From Verrucomicrobiaceae bacterium (GTDB lineage Bacteria; Verrucomicrobiota; Verrucomicrobiia; Verrucomicrobiales; Verrucomicrobiaceae): DNA of 64,000 nt. Location of the stretch: positions 827-64,826 of the forward strand of contig JANOBO010000155.1 in the NCBI GenBank assembly GCA_031411695.1. The letters are read 5' to 3'. A model generated the notes under the pieces. That model ran no database searches and was not told the origin of the DNA. It was given only the letters and a program-made list of their open reading frames with translations. The position numbers were made by a program, and so were the translations under genes. Below are positions 18,758 to 26,843 of this stretch, piece by piece; position 1 is the stretch's first letter, and each line of letters opens with the position of its first letter.

Positions 18758-19507
18758 TCAAAGGAGATGGAAAGCCACGAGCAGATTGCGTGTGCTGAGG
18801 CACACGATGAGCACGCCGACGAACACCATGAAAGGCTTCATCGGAATCCGCTTGGAAAGCCAGGCCGCGAGCGGGGCGGCGCACACGCCACCGAGGGCGA
18901 GGCCGATGATGATGGGCCAATGCGTGAAGCCGAGCGTGAAGAAAAACGTGGCCGATGCCGCGAGGGTGACAAAGAACTCGACCGCGTTCACGCTGCCGAC
19001 GGTGAAGCGGACGTTGTTTCCACGCGCGATGAGATTTGAGGCGACGATGGGCCCCCATCCGCCGCCGCCTATCGCATCGACAAATGCGCCGATAAAACCG
19101 AGCGGCGCGAGATAGCTGGTCACGTTGCGCGCGGGCACCTGCTTGAATGCCTTCGCGATGATGACGAGACCCATGATGATGAGATAGCCTGAAATGTAGG
19201 GCTTCAGCGCATCGCCAGGGAAGGACGAGAGGATGTAGGCGCCGATGACGGCACCGATCACCGCCGGGACCAGAAGCCGGCGAAACAAAAACTTGTCCAC
19301 GTTGCCAAACGCATGATGCGACATCGCCGAGGCGCCCGTGGTGAAACATTCCGCAGCATGGACCGTGGCGCTCGTCGCGGCTGGAGGAACACCGAACGAG
19401 ATGAGCAAGGACGACGCGGTCACGCCATAGGCCATGCCCAGCGCGCCATCGATGACCTGCGCGACGAAGCCCGCGAGCACATAATAGAAAAAGTGGTCCG
19501 GAAACAT
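18758..19507 (-). CDS. TauE/SafE family sulfite/anion exporter-like membrane protein
   Basis: Polytopic hydrophobic ORF with 'AQVIDGALGMAYGVTASSLLISFGVPPAATSATVH' and a second half 'DAIGGGGWGPIVASNLIARG'. Start ATG 19507 avoids overlap with cysH. The track gives 19567. Confidence 0.85.
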   Translation of the reverse strand: MFPDHFFYYVLAGFVAQVIDGALGMAYGVTASSLLISFGVPPAATSATVHAAECFTTGASAMSHHAFGNVDKFLFRRLLVPAVIGAVIGAYILSSFPGDALKPYISGYLIIMGLVIIAKAFKQVPARNVTSYLAPLGFIGAFVDAIGGGGWGPIVASNLIARGNNVRFTVGSVNAVEFFVTLAASATFFFTLGFTHWPIIIGLALGGVCAAPLAAWLSKRIPMKPFMVFVGVLIVCLSTRNLLVAFHLL

Positions 19508-19524
19508 CGTCGGCGCGCGGAGTG

Positions 19525-20184
19525 CTAGATCGAATAGTTCGTCGTGAGGGGCGCGTGCAGGCCGCACTCATGCTTCTCGTCGCCCTTCGCCGGATCGTAG
19601 TAGGTGCGCTCGTCCGGGAGATGATGCTCCGCAAGGTAGGCGTCCATTTCCGCGGCACTCCAGTCGAGGATCGGGTTGACCTTCAGGCAGTTGAACTTCG
19701 CGTCCCACATCACCGTCCGCAGTGACGCGGCGCGCTGGGGATTCTGCTCCTTGCGCAACGCGGTGATCCACACTTTGGGAGCCAGCTCCCTCATGCCACG
19801 CTCGAATGGTTCGAGCTTCATGATGCGGCTGAACGACTCGACCCGCGCCACTTCATCCGGCATCGGGATCTGACCACCATTGACCGCGAGCCAATGCGCC
19901 GAGGTCATCAATGGGAGATAGGCCTTTAAGTTGAGCCCGAGCGCCTCGCGGCACTTCTCGGCAAAGCGATACGTCTCGGGGAGATTCGTGCCGTGATCGA
20001 CCCACAGTGCGGGGATGTCCGGTAAGGCGGCCGTCGCCATGTGCAGGATGATCGCCTCATATGGACGGAAGTTTGTGGTGACGATCGCGCCACCCTTGCC
20101 CTCGGCCACCGCCCAGCGGGTGATCTCTTGAGCGGATAGGCCTTCGAGCCCTTCTAGGATGATGTCGATTTGAGTGGGAGACAT
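19525..20184 (-). CDS. cysH: Phosphoadenosine phosphosulfate (PAPS)-type reductase
   Basis: 219 aa with 'VTTNFRPYEAIILHM', 'WVDHGTNLPETY' and a C-terminal 'KHECGLH'. No CC...CxxC iron-sulfur cysteines are visible. Confidence 0.9.
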   Translation of the reverse strand: MSPTQIDIILEGLEGLSAQEITRWAVAEGKGGAIVTTNFRPYEAIILHMATAALPDIPALWVDHGTNLPETYRFAEKCREALGLNLKAYLPLMTSAHWLAVNGGQIPMPDEVARVESFSRIMKLEPFERGMRELAPKVWITALRKEQNPQRAASLRTVMWDAKFNCLKVNPILDWSAAEMDAYLAEHHLPDERTYYDPAKGDEKHECGLHAPLTTNYSI

Positions 20185-20331
20185 GGGGCGCGCAAGATTG
20201 ACCTAATTCCCCATCTGTAAAGTATGAAATACAGATTTTGGCGATGCCTTGCGGATGACGGAATCCCACCCGACGAGGTTTCCCCCGCAGTGTTGCGCTC
20301 ATCGTCTTCTCTGCTATCTAACGCCCCTCTT

Positions 20332-21648
20332 ATGCACAGTTTCCGCTACATCCAAGGCCGCCTCCATGCGGAAAGCGTCGATCTCGGCCAGCTCGCCGAC
20401 CGGCACAACACACCGCTTTACGTGTACAGCAGCGCCACGATCCGCGATCACTTCACGCGTCTGGACAGCGCGCTCGACAGGCTGGATCACATGATCTGCT
20501 ACGCGGTGAAGGCAAACTCGAATCTTGCCATCCTCAATCTCATCGCGTCACAAGGCGGCGGGTTTGACATCGTCTCTGGAGGCGAGCTTTTCCGGGTGCT
20601 TCAGGCGGGTGGAAACGCGGCACACTGCACCTTTGCCGGAGTGGGCAAGACGCGGCCGGAGATCGAGTATGCGCTGCGGGAGGGCATCTATTGCTTCAAT
20701 GCCGAATCCGAAGCCGAGCTGCGCTTCATCGATCAAATCGCGGGTGAGCTTGGCAAGAGGGCGCCCGTTGCGGTGCGGGTGAATCCGAACGTCGATGCGA
20801 AGACGCACGCGAAGATCACCACAGGCAAGAAGGAGAACAAATTCGGCATTGAGTTCGATCACATCGCGCAGGTGTATGAGATGATCGCCACGGAGTGCCC
20901 GAACCTCGAGATCAAAGGGCTGCAGATGCACATCGGCTCGCAACTCACCAGCGTCGATCCGTTTGTCGAGGCGGTGGAGAAGGTCATCCCGCTCGTCCAA
21001 GCGGTGAAGGAAAAGCATGGCATCAAGTTCTTCAGCATCGGCGGAGGCATCGGCATCGTTTACAAAAATAGCCTCGATTCCGGCGAGGCGGAGTGGTGGT
21101 CGCGCGAGGGCAATGAGTCCCACCCGCTCACCATCCAGGCCTACGCGGACGCCGTCGTGCCCCTGCTCGAGCCGCTAGGCCTCCGCATCCTGTGCGAGCC
21201 CGGCCGCTTCATGGTCGGCAATGCCGGCGCGCTCGTGACGAAGGTGCTCTTCGAGAAAAAAGGCGCGGCAAAGAGTTTCGTCATTGTCGATGCCGGCATG
21301 AATGACCTCATCCGGCCGACACTCTACGAAGGCTGGCACCAGATCGCTCCCGTCACGATGCCCACCTCCGCCGAGACGCATCGCGCGGACATCGTCGGAC
21401 CCATTTGCGAGACCGGCGATTTCCTCGCGCAAGACCGCGATCTCCCGCCCGTGAGCGAGGGCGATTATCTCGCCGTGCTCAGCGCCGGCGCGTATGGCTT
21501 CAGCATGGCGTCAAACTACAACTCCCGCCCCCTCGCCGCCGAAGTCCTCGTCGATGGGAAGGAAGCCCACCTCGTGCGCGAGCGCCAGTCTCTCGAAGAC
21601 CTCATCCGCGGCGAGCATGTGCCGCTGGACCAGAAGGAGACCGCGTAG
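20332..21648 (+). CDS. lysA: Diaminopimelate decarboxylase
   Basis: The start is taken at MHSFRYIQGRLHAE (ATG 20332). 'TPLYVYS', 'ICYAVKANSN' (PLP lysine), 'GGGIGIVY' and 'EPGRFMVGNAG' are present. The track ORF starts upstream at 20224. Confidence 0.95.
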   Translation: MHSFRYIQGRLHAESVDLGQLADRHNTPLYVYSSATIRDHFTRLDSALDRLDHMICYAVKANSNLAILNLIASQGGGFDIVSGGELFRVLQAGGNAAHCTFAGVGKTRPEIEYALREGIYCFNAESEAELRFIDQIAGELGKRAPVAVRVNPNVDAKTHAKITTGKKENKFGIEFDHIAQVYEMIATECPNLEIKGLQMHIGSQLTSVDPFVEAVEKVIPLVQAVKEKHGIKFFSIGGGIGIVYKNSLDSGEAEWWSREGNESHPLTIQAYADAVVPLLEPLGLRILCEPGRFMVGNAGALVTKVLFEKKGAAKSFVIVDAGMNDLIRPTLYEGWHQIAPVTMPTSAETHRADIVGPICETGDFLAQDRDLPPVSEGDYLAVLSAGAYGFSMASNYNSRPLAAEVLVDGKEAHLVRERQSLEDLIRGEHVPLDQKETA

Positions 21649-21741
21649 CCTGTGAGTCTCGCCCCGAACTCCTCCATTACAGACATACCGGCTTGAAGCC
21701 CGGCGATTTGTAGGGCACACATTCGTTTCATTTTTCGCTTC

Positions 21742-22467
21742 ATGAAAAAGCCCCCCTTCACCTCGCTCATCCTCGCGCTCGGCATCCTGCTTGGCCTTTT
21801 CTCCGGCATCGCCGCCGCGCAATCCGAATACATCATCGTCAGCGGCGGCCCCGCTCTCCGGCAGTGGGAGAATCTGCGCAAGAGCGGCGAGCAGCACGAC
21901 CGCTGGTGGGGAAACTTTGCGCGCACGGCGCGCGTCCGCCTTGAGGAAGTGCAAAAGCAGCAGCCGCCCGGCACCATCATCACCTGGCTCGTTTATCGCG
22001 ATGCCTATTTGCGCCGCGCAGGTGAGGACAGACAGCCGCTCACCAGCAACGTCGAGTCCGTGCGCGACAAGTACAACATCCGCCTCGTCTGGTTCCGCAC
22101 CGGTGACGACGTCATCAACTACATCAACAGCGGCATGAACCGCAGCCGGAACAAGATTTCAGGGTTCGAGTACTTCGGCCACTCGAACAAGTTCTGCTTC
22201 ATGTTCGACTACAGCTCGGACATCTACGGTGTCTCATCCTCGTGGCTGCACGAGGCCGACCTCAGAAAGATCCATCGCGGTTCCTTCGCCAAGAACGCCC
22301 TCTGTCAGAGTTGGGGCTGCCACACGGGCGAGAGCATGAGCACCTTTTGGAAAAAGGCCACCGGTGTCCCCATGATCGGTGCCTTTGGCAAGACCAACTA
22401 CTCCGACATGCATCTGCGCGGCTGGCGCGTCGGCCTCTCTCCCGGTGCCCACTGGCGCAAAGGTTAA
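21742..22467 (+). CDS. Secreted hypothetical protein
   Basis: 241 aa with a clear signal peptide, MKKPPFTSLILALGILLGLFSGIAAAQS. I recognise no family. The conserved-looking motifs are 'FEYFGHSNKF' and 'QSWGCHTGES'. Confidence 0.75.
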   Translation: MKKPPFTSLILALGILLGLFSGIAAAQSEYIIVSGGPALRQWENLRKSGEQHDRWWGNFARTARVRLEEVQKQQPPGTIITWLVYRDAYLRRAGEDRQPLTSNVESVRDKYNIRLVWFRTGDDVINYINSGMNRSRNKISGFEYFGHSNKFCFMFDYSSDIYGVSSSWLHEADLRKIHRGSFAKNALCQSWGCHTGESMSTFWKKATGVPMIGAFGKTNYSDMHLRGWRVGLSPGAHWRKG

Positions 22468-22491
22468 CCCGCACCCCACCACGCCGCCCTC

Positions 22492-23514
22492 ATGACTTTC
22501 CCGGACCTCCACCGCATCTATCATCAGCCGTTCTTCAAGCTGATCTCCCAGGCCCGCGCCGTGCATGAAGAGCACTGGCCCGCGAATGAAGTGCAGCTTT
22601 GCACCCTCCTCTCCATCAAGACCGGAGGCTGTAGCGAGGACTGCGGCTACTGCGCCCAGAGCTCGCGCTACAGCACCGGCGTACAGCGCGAGCAGCTCAT
22701 GGAAAAGGAGCAGGTCATGCAGCGCGCCACCGCAGCGCGCGCCGGCGGCTCCACCCGCTTCTGCATGGGTGCCGCCTGGAAAGGCGTGCGCAGCGGCACG
22801 GAAAAGTTCGAGCACGTCCTCGATATCGTCCGCGATGTCTCCACCCTCGGCATGGAAGTCTGCGTCACCCTCGGCGAACTCGGCCAGAACGAGGCGCGCG
22901 AGCTGAAGCAGGCCGGCGTCACCGCCTACAATCACAACATCGACACCTCCCCCGAGCATTACCCGAACGTCGTCACCACCCACACCTTCGACGATCGCCT
23001 CCGCACCATCCGCCACGCGCAGGATGCCGGCATGTCCGTCTGCTGCGGCGGCATCCTCGGCCTCGGTGAGGGCATCGACGACCGGCTGCGCATGCTCGAG
23101 GTGCTCAGCAATTTCAACCCCCAGCCCGAGAGCGTCCCCATCAACGCCCTCATGCCCATTGAAGGCACCCCCATGGGCGGCAATGAAGTCGTCGATTCCT
23201 TCGCCCTCATCCGCATGATCGCCGTCACCCGCATCGCCATCCCGCGAGCAAAGGTGCGCCTCAGCGCTGGCCGCACAAACCTCAGCAAAGAAGCCCAGAC
23301 CCTCTGCTTCTTCGCCGGCGCCAACTCCATCTTCTACGGCGACAAGCTCCTCACCACCGCCAACCCCCGCGCCAACGAAGACCTCGCCCTCCTCCGCGAA
23401 CTCGGCCTGTCCGCCCAGGCACCCGATCCATCTCTCGCCGCGCCCATCACAGACGAGAACCGGCCAACCTATCCCGTGTGCGAGGTTAAAGGCGGAGTTG
23501 GCTGCGGCGGCTGA
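22492..23514 (+). CDS. bioB: Biotin synthase (radical SAM)
   Basis: 'KTGGCSEDCGYCAQS' (CxxxCxxC), 'FCMGAAW', 'YNHNIDTS' and 'CCGGILGLGE' are present. Confidence 0.95.
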   Translation: MTFPDLHRIYHQPFFKLISQARAVHEEHWPANEVQLCTLLSIKTGGCSEDCGYCAQSSRYSTGVQREQLMEKEQVMQRATAARAGGSTRFCMGAAWKGVRSGTEKFEHVLDIVRDVSTLGMEVCVTLGELGQNEARELKQAGVTAYNHNIDTSPEHYPNVVTTHTFDDRLRTIRHAQDAGMSVCCGGILGLGEGIDDRLRMLEVLSNFNPQPESVPINALMPIEGTPMGGNEVVDSFALIRMIAVTRIAIPRAKVRLSAGRTNLSKEAQTLCFFAGANSIFYGDKLLTTANPRANEDLALLRELGLSAQAPDPSLAAPITDENRPTYPVCEVKGGVGCGG

Positions 23515-23631
23515 GCGTGGCAAAAGCCCCCGCACAGGCTCCTCACAGCAGACAGGAATGTCCGCATCACTGCTGACACTGATGTGAAACAGATACTGAA
23601 AGGGACTTGTCAGCGTCAATTGAGCGTCAGG

Positions 23632-24003
23632 TTAACGCCACAGGGCCGCGAGGAGGTAAGGGATGCTGCCAACCAAGGCCGCTGCGAGATACAGCAAAAG
23701 GAACCAACCAAGTGCAGCGAACGCACGCCATCCTCGCGTGCGGAAAAGATAAATCGGGACGAGCACAGGCCATGTGAAGAAAATGATTGAGCCAAAATCA
23801 TATGGCACTGGACGGCGCCGCTGGCGAGCATCCGCAAGGACCCAAAGCGCGATGCTGCTGGGGAGAAAAAGCTGGGCCAGCAAAGCGAGGAGGGAGTGAA
23901 CGCCGCTGGGAGAATCGAGCGTCGCGCGCGTGGCTAACGCAGCGAGGCAGTAAAACACGGAAGCTTCAAGCGAGAGAAACCATCGAAATGCCGGAAGTCT
24001 CAT
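23632..24003 (-). CDS. Small integral membrane protein, unknown function
   Basis: 123 aa with four hydrophobic segments and codon usage like its neighbours. I recognise no family. Confidence 0.6.
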   Translation of the reverse strand: MRLPAFRWFLSLEASVFYCLAALATRATLDSPSGVHSLLALLAQLFLPSSIALWVLADARQRRRPVPYDFGSIIFFTWPVLVPIYLFRTRGWRAFAALGWFLLLYLAAALVGSIPYLLAALWR

Positions 24004-24243
24004 AGAATAGTTCGGTCACAGGCCAAGCGCAGTCCCTCCGGACAGTGCGCTCACAAACCAAAATAGCGGCATGCATGCCAACGGCTCTATAGCCGACATT
24101 TGCAGGCTTTGCGACGGTGTTTCGACAGAGATGAAGCGTGATGGGAGTTGGCCGAAAGAGACGAAAAAAGGGAAAAACTGAGGCAAAGGCTTTTGCAGCC
24201 TTCTTTTGTTCACTTTGTTTTTTCGACTATCCAATCCTCTAGA

Positions 24244-25203
24244 ATGGACCCCTTGCCATCCCTCACTGAAATCGAAACGGCCATCGACTTGATCAGTCCG
24301 CACATGCAGGAAACACCCGCTTACCAGTGGCCTTTGCTGAATGCGGCAGTCGGCTGCGAGCTGTGGCTGAAGCACGAGAATCACACCCCGGCCGGCGCAT
24401 TCAAGATCCGGGGCGGTCTCGTCTATTTGAACGAGCTGAAACAGCGGCAGCCCGAAGTGCGCGGCGTGATCGCGGCATCGACGGGCAATCACGGTCAGTC
24501 CATCGCATTCGCAGCGCGATTGTCCGGCATGCGCGCCGTGATCGTGGTGCCGCATGGAAACAACCCGGAAAAGAACGCGGCAATGCGCTCCCTCGGCGCT
24601 GAACTCATCGAGCACGGGCGCGAGTTTCAGGAGGCGCTGGAGTTCTCGCGTGAGCTGGCGGAAAGGCAGGGGCTGCATGCCGTGCCTTCCTTTCATCCTT
24701 GGCTGGTCCGCGGTGTGGCCACCTATGCGATGCAGCTGTTTCGCGCGGTGGCCGATCTCGATGTCGTGTTCGTGCCCATCGGTCTGGGGTCGGGCTTTTG
24801 CGGCATCGCAGCGGCGCGTGCGGCGCTGAACCTGCAAACCAAAATCATCGGCGTCGTCTCCGAACAGGCGCCGGCCTACGCGCTGTCGTTTCAGCAAAAG
24901 AAACTCGTGACGCAATCCAGCGCGACGCGCGTGGCCGAAGGCGTCGCGTGCAGCACGCCGAATGCTGACGCGCTGCATTGGTTGATGCTGCACGCCCATG
25001 ATGTGGTGACTGTGAACGACGACGAGGCGGTGGCGGCGATGCGCGAGATCATCCAGGCCACACACAACATCGCGGAAGGAGCAGGCGCGCTGGCTTACGC
25101 GGCGTTGAAGAAGCATCGCGCGGAGTGGGAAGGCAGGCGCGTGGCCTGCGTGCTGACGGGCGGGAACGCGAGCATGAGCCTGCTGGCAAAAGCGCTGGCC
25201 TGA
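24244..25203 (+). CDS. PLP-dependent threonine dehydratase / serine-threonine ammonia-lyase family (no ACT domain)
   Basis: The start is taken at MDPLPSLTEIE (ATG 24244). 'ENHTPAGAFKIRGG' (PLP lysine), 'ASTGNHGQS' and 'PIGLGSGFCG' are present. Confidence 0.88.
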   Translation: MDPLPSLTEIETAIDLISPHMQETPAYQWPLLNAAVGCELWLKHENHTPAGAFKIRGGLVYLNELKQRQPEVRGVIAASTGNHGQSIAFAARLSGMRAVIVVPHGNNPEKNAAMRSLGAELIEHGREFQEALEFSRELAERQGLHAVPSFHPWLVRGVATYAMQLFRAVADLDVVFVPIGLGSGFCGIAAARAALNLQTKIIGVVSEQAPAYALSFQQKKLVTQSSATRVAEGVACSTPNADALHWLMLHAHDVVTVNDDEAVAAMREIIQATHNIAEGAGALAYAALKKHRAEWEGRRVACVLTGGNASMSLLAKALA

Positions 25204-25280
25204 CAGGTTGCTGCGCCCTCTATCACAGCCTCGTGCTGCGGGTTGCAATCTCTGCCTCTTCGCGCACTCTACGCGCCCGC

Positions 25281-26042
25281 ATGTCCGAACCTGATCCGCG
25301 CGAAATCATCCTCGAGGCCCGCGAGCTCACCCGTGAGTTCGAAGGGGTGAAGGCGCTGGACAAATTCAGCTTCAAACTGCATCGCGGAGAGATCCTCGGC
25401 CTGCTCGGCGCAAACGGCGCTGGCAAGACGACGGCAATGAACTGCCTGCTCGGACTCACGCTGCCAACATCGGGCCGCATCGAGGTTTTCGGCAAGGAGC
25501 TGCAGAAGCACCGCATCGAGATCCTTCAGCGCGCAAACTTTTCATCCGCGTATGTGAGCCTGCCGGGCAATCTGAAGGTGTGGCAGAACCTCCTCGTCTT
25601 CGCGCACATCTACGGCGTGCCGAATCCGAAGAAGAAGATCGCGGAGCTGCTCGAACTGCTGGAAGTGAGCGAGCTGCGCGACCGGGTCACCGGCCAGCTC
25701 TCTGCCGGTGAATCGACGCGGGTGAATCTCTGCAAGGCCTTTCTCAATGAGCCCGAGCTGCTGATGCTCGATGAGCCAACGGCAAGCCTCGATCCCGACA
25801 TCGCCGACAAGGTCCGCAAGGTGGTGCGCCGCGTGCAGTCTGAGCGGCAGATCGGCATCCTCTACACGTCGCACAACATGAAGGACATCGAGGAAGTCTG
25901 CGACCGCGTGATCTTCCTGCACAAGGGAAAGATTGTGGCGGAAGGCACTCCGGCGGAGATCGTCGAGCGCTCCAGCAGCAGCTCGCTGGAAGAAGTATTC
26001 ATCCAAATCGCGCGCGACGGAGACATCGTTGAATCCAAATGA
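25281..26042 (+). CDS. ABC transporter ATP-binding protein (ABC-2 type exporter)
   Basis: The start is taken at MSEPDPREIILEAR (ATG 25281). It has Walker A 'GANGAGKTT', signature 'LSAGESTR' and Walker B 'LLMLDEPT'. Confidence 0.93.
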   Translation: MSEPDPREIILEARELTREFEGVKALDKFSFKLHRGEILGLLGANGAGKTTAMNCLLGLTLPTSGRIEVFGKELQKHRIEILQRANFSSAYVSLPGNLKVWQNLLVFAHIYGVPNPKKKIAELLELLEVSELRDRVTGQLSAGESTRVNLCKAFLNEPELLMLDEPTASLDPDIADKVRKVVRRVQSERQIGILYTSHNMKDIEEVCDRVIFLHKGKIVAEGTPAEIVERSSSSSLEEVFIQIARDGDIVESK

Positions 26043-26836
26043 ACCTGCGAACCATCAGCGCGCTCGTCTTGCGCTACCTCTTTCTCTACACACGCTCACC
26101 GATGCGGCTGGTGGAGCTGGTTTTCTGGCCCGTCGTCGATCTCGTGGTATGGGGCAATGTCACCGTCTTCATCCAGCGCAACAGCACCGCGGACTTCGGC
26201 GGCTTCATCACCTTCATCCTCGGCGCGATGATCCTGTGGGACATCATGTTCCGCGCGCAGCAAGGCGTGGCCATCTCGTTTCTTGAGGACGTGTGGACGC
26301 GGAATCTGCTCAACGTCTTTGTCGCGCCCGTGCGCACTTCGGAATATCTCAGCGCCACGTTCTTCGTCGGCTTCCTGCGCATCCTCGTCACCGTCGTGGT
26401 GCTGGGTGTGATCTCGTACTTCGGATACTCGTTTAACATTTTCAGCCTGCACTGGTGGCTCATTCCATTCTTCGCGTGCCTGATGGTCTTCGGCTGGTCG
26501 CTCGGCATGATCTCCACCGCGCTGATCCTGCGCTGGGGTCAGGCGGCCGAATCGCTCGCGTGGGCCGTGCCGTTTTTTCTACAACCCGTGGTGGCTGCAT
26601 TTTATCCAGTCAAAGACATGCCTGCGTGGTCGCAACCCATCGCGTGGTGTCTGCCCGCCACTCACATCTTCGAAGGGATGCGCGAGGTGATGAAAACCGG
26701 CACCATGAGCTGGAGCGCGCTCGGCTGGGCTGCGGCGCTGAACGTGCTGTATCTCGCGCTGGCCGGGTGGCTGTTTGTCTGGGTCCTCGACCTCACGCGC
26801 AAGCGCGGCCTGCTCACGAAGTTCGCGACGCAGTAA
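26039..26836 (+). CDS. ABC-2 type transporter permease
   Basis: 265 aa, six hydrophobic segments, and a 4-nt overlap with the ATPase gene. Confidence 0.88.
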   Translation: MNLRTISALVLRYLFLYTRSPMRLVELVFWPVVDLVVWGNVTVFIQRNSTADFGGFITFILGAMILWDIMFRAQQGVAISFLEDVWTRNLLNVFVAPVRTSEYLSATFFVGFLRILVTVVVLGVISYFGYSFNIFSLHWWLIPFFACLMVFGWSLGMISTALILRWGQAAESLAWAVPFFLQPVVAAFYPVKDMPAWSQPIAWCLPATHIFEGMREVMKTGTMSWSALGWAAALNVLYLALAGWLFVWVLDLTRKRGLLTKFATQ

Positions 26837-26843
26837 TTTTCAA

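Noticed and set aside
22234-23619. A 461-aa minus ORF across bioB. Similar long antisense ORFs occur at 24016..25248, 29053..30240, 28671..29870, 34944..36593, 43104..44447, 45452..47242, 48042..49454, 54946..56004 and 60440..61951.
   Set aside because: Each lies opposite a gene with strong family motifs. Their sequences are Gly/Ala/Asp/Arg/His-biased with no recognisable motifs.
26775-26843. Upstream extensions of track ORFs: sua5 from 26775, ABC ATPase from 25125, lysA from 20224, threonine dehydratase from 24148, permease from 32322, HEPN from 31093, cysD from 19658.
   Set aside because: The extensions overlap the preceding genes or intergenic repeats and have Arg/Ser-rich composition. 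Internal ATGs match the expected family N-termini.
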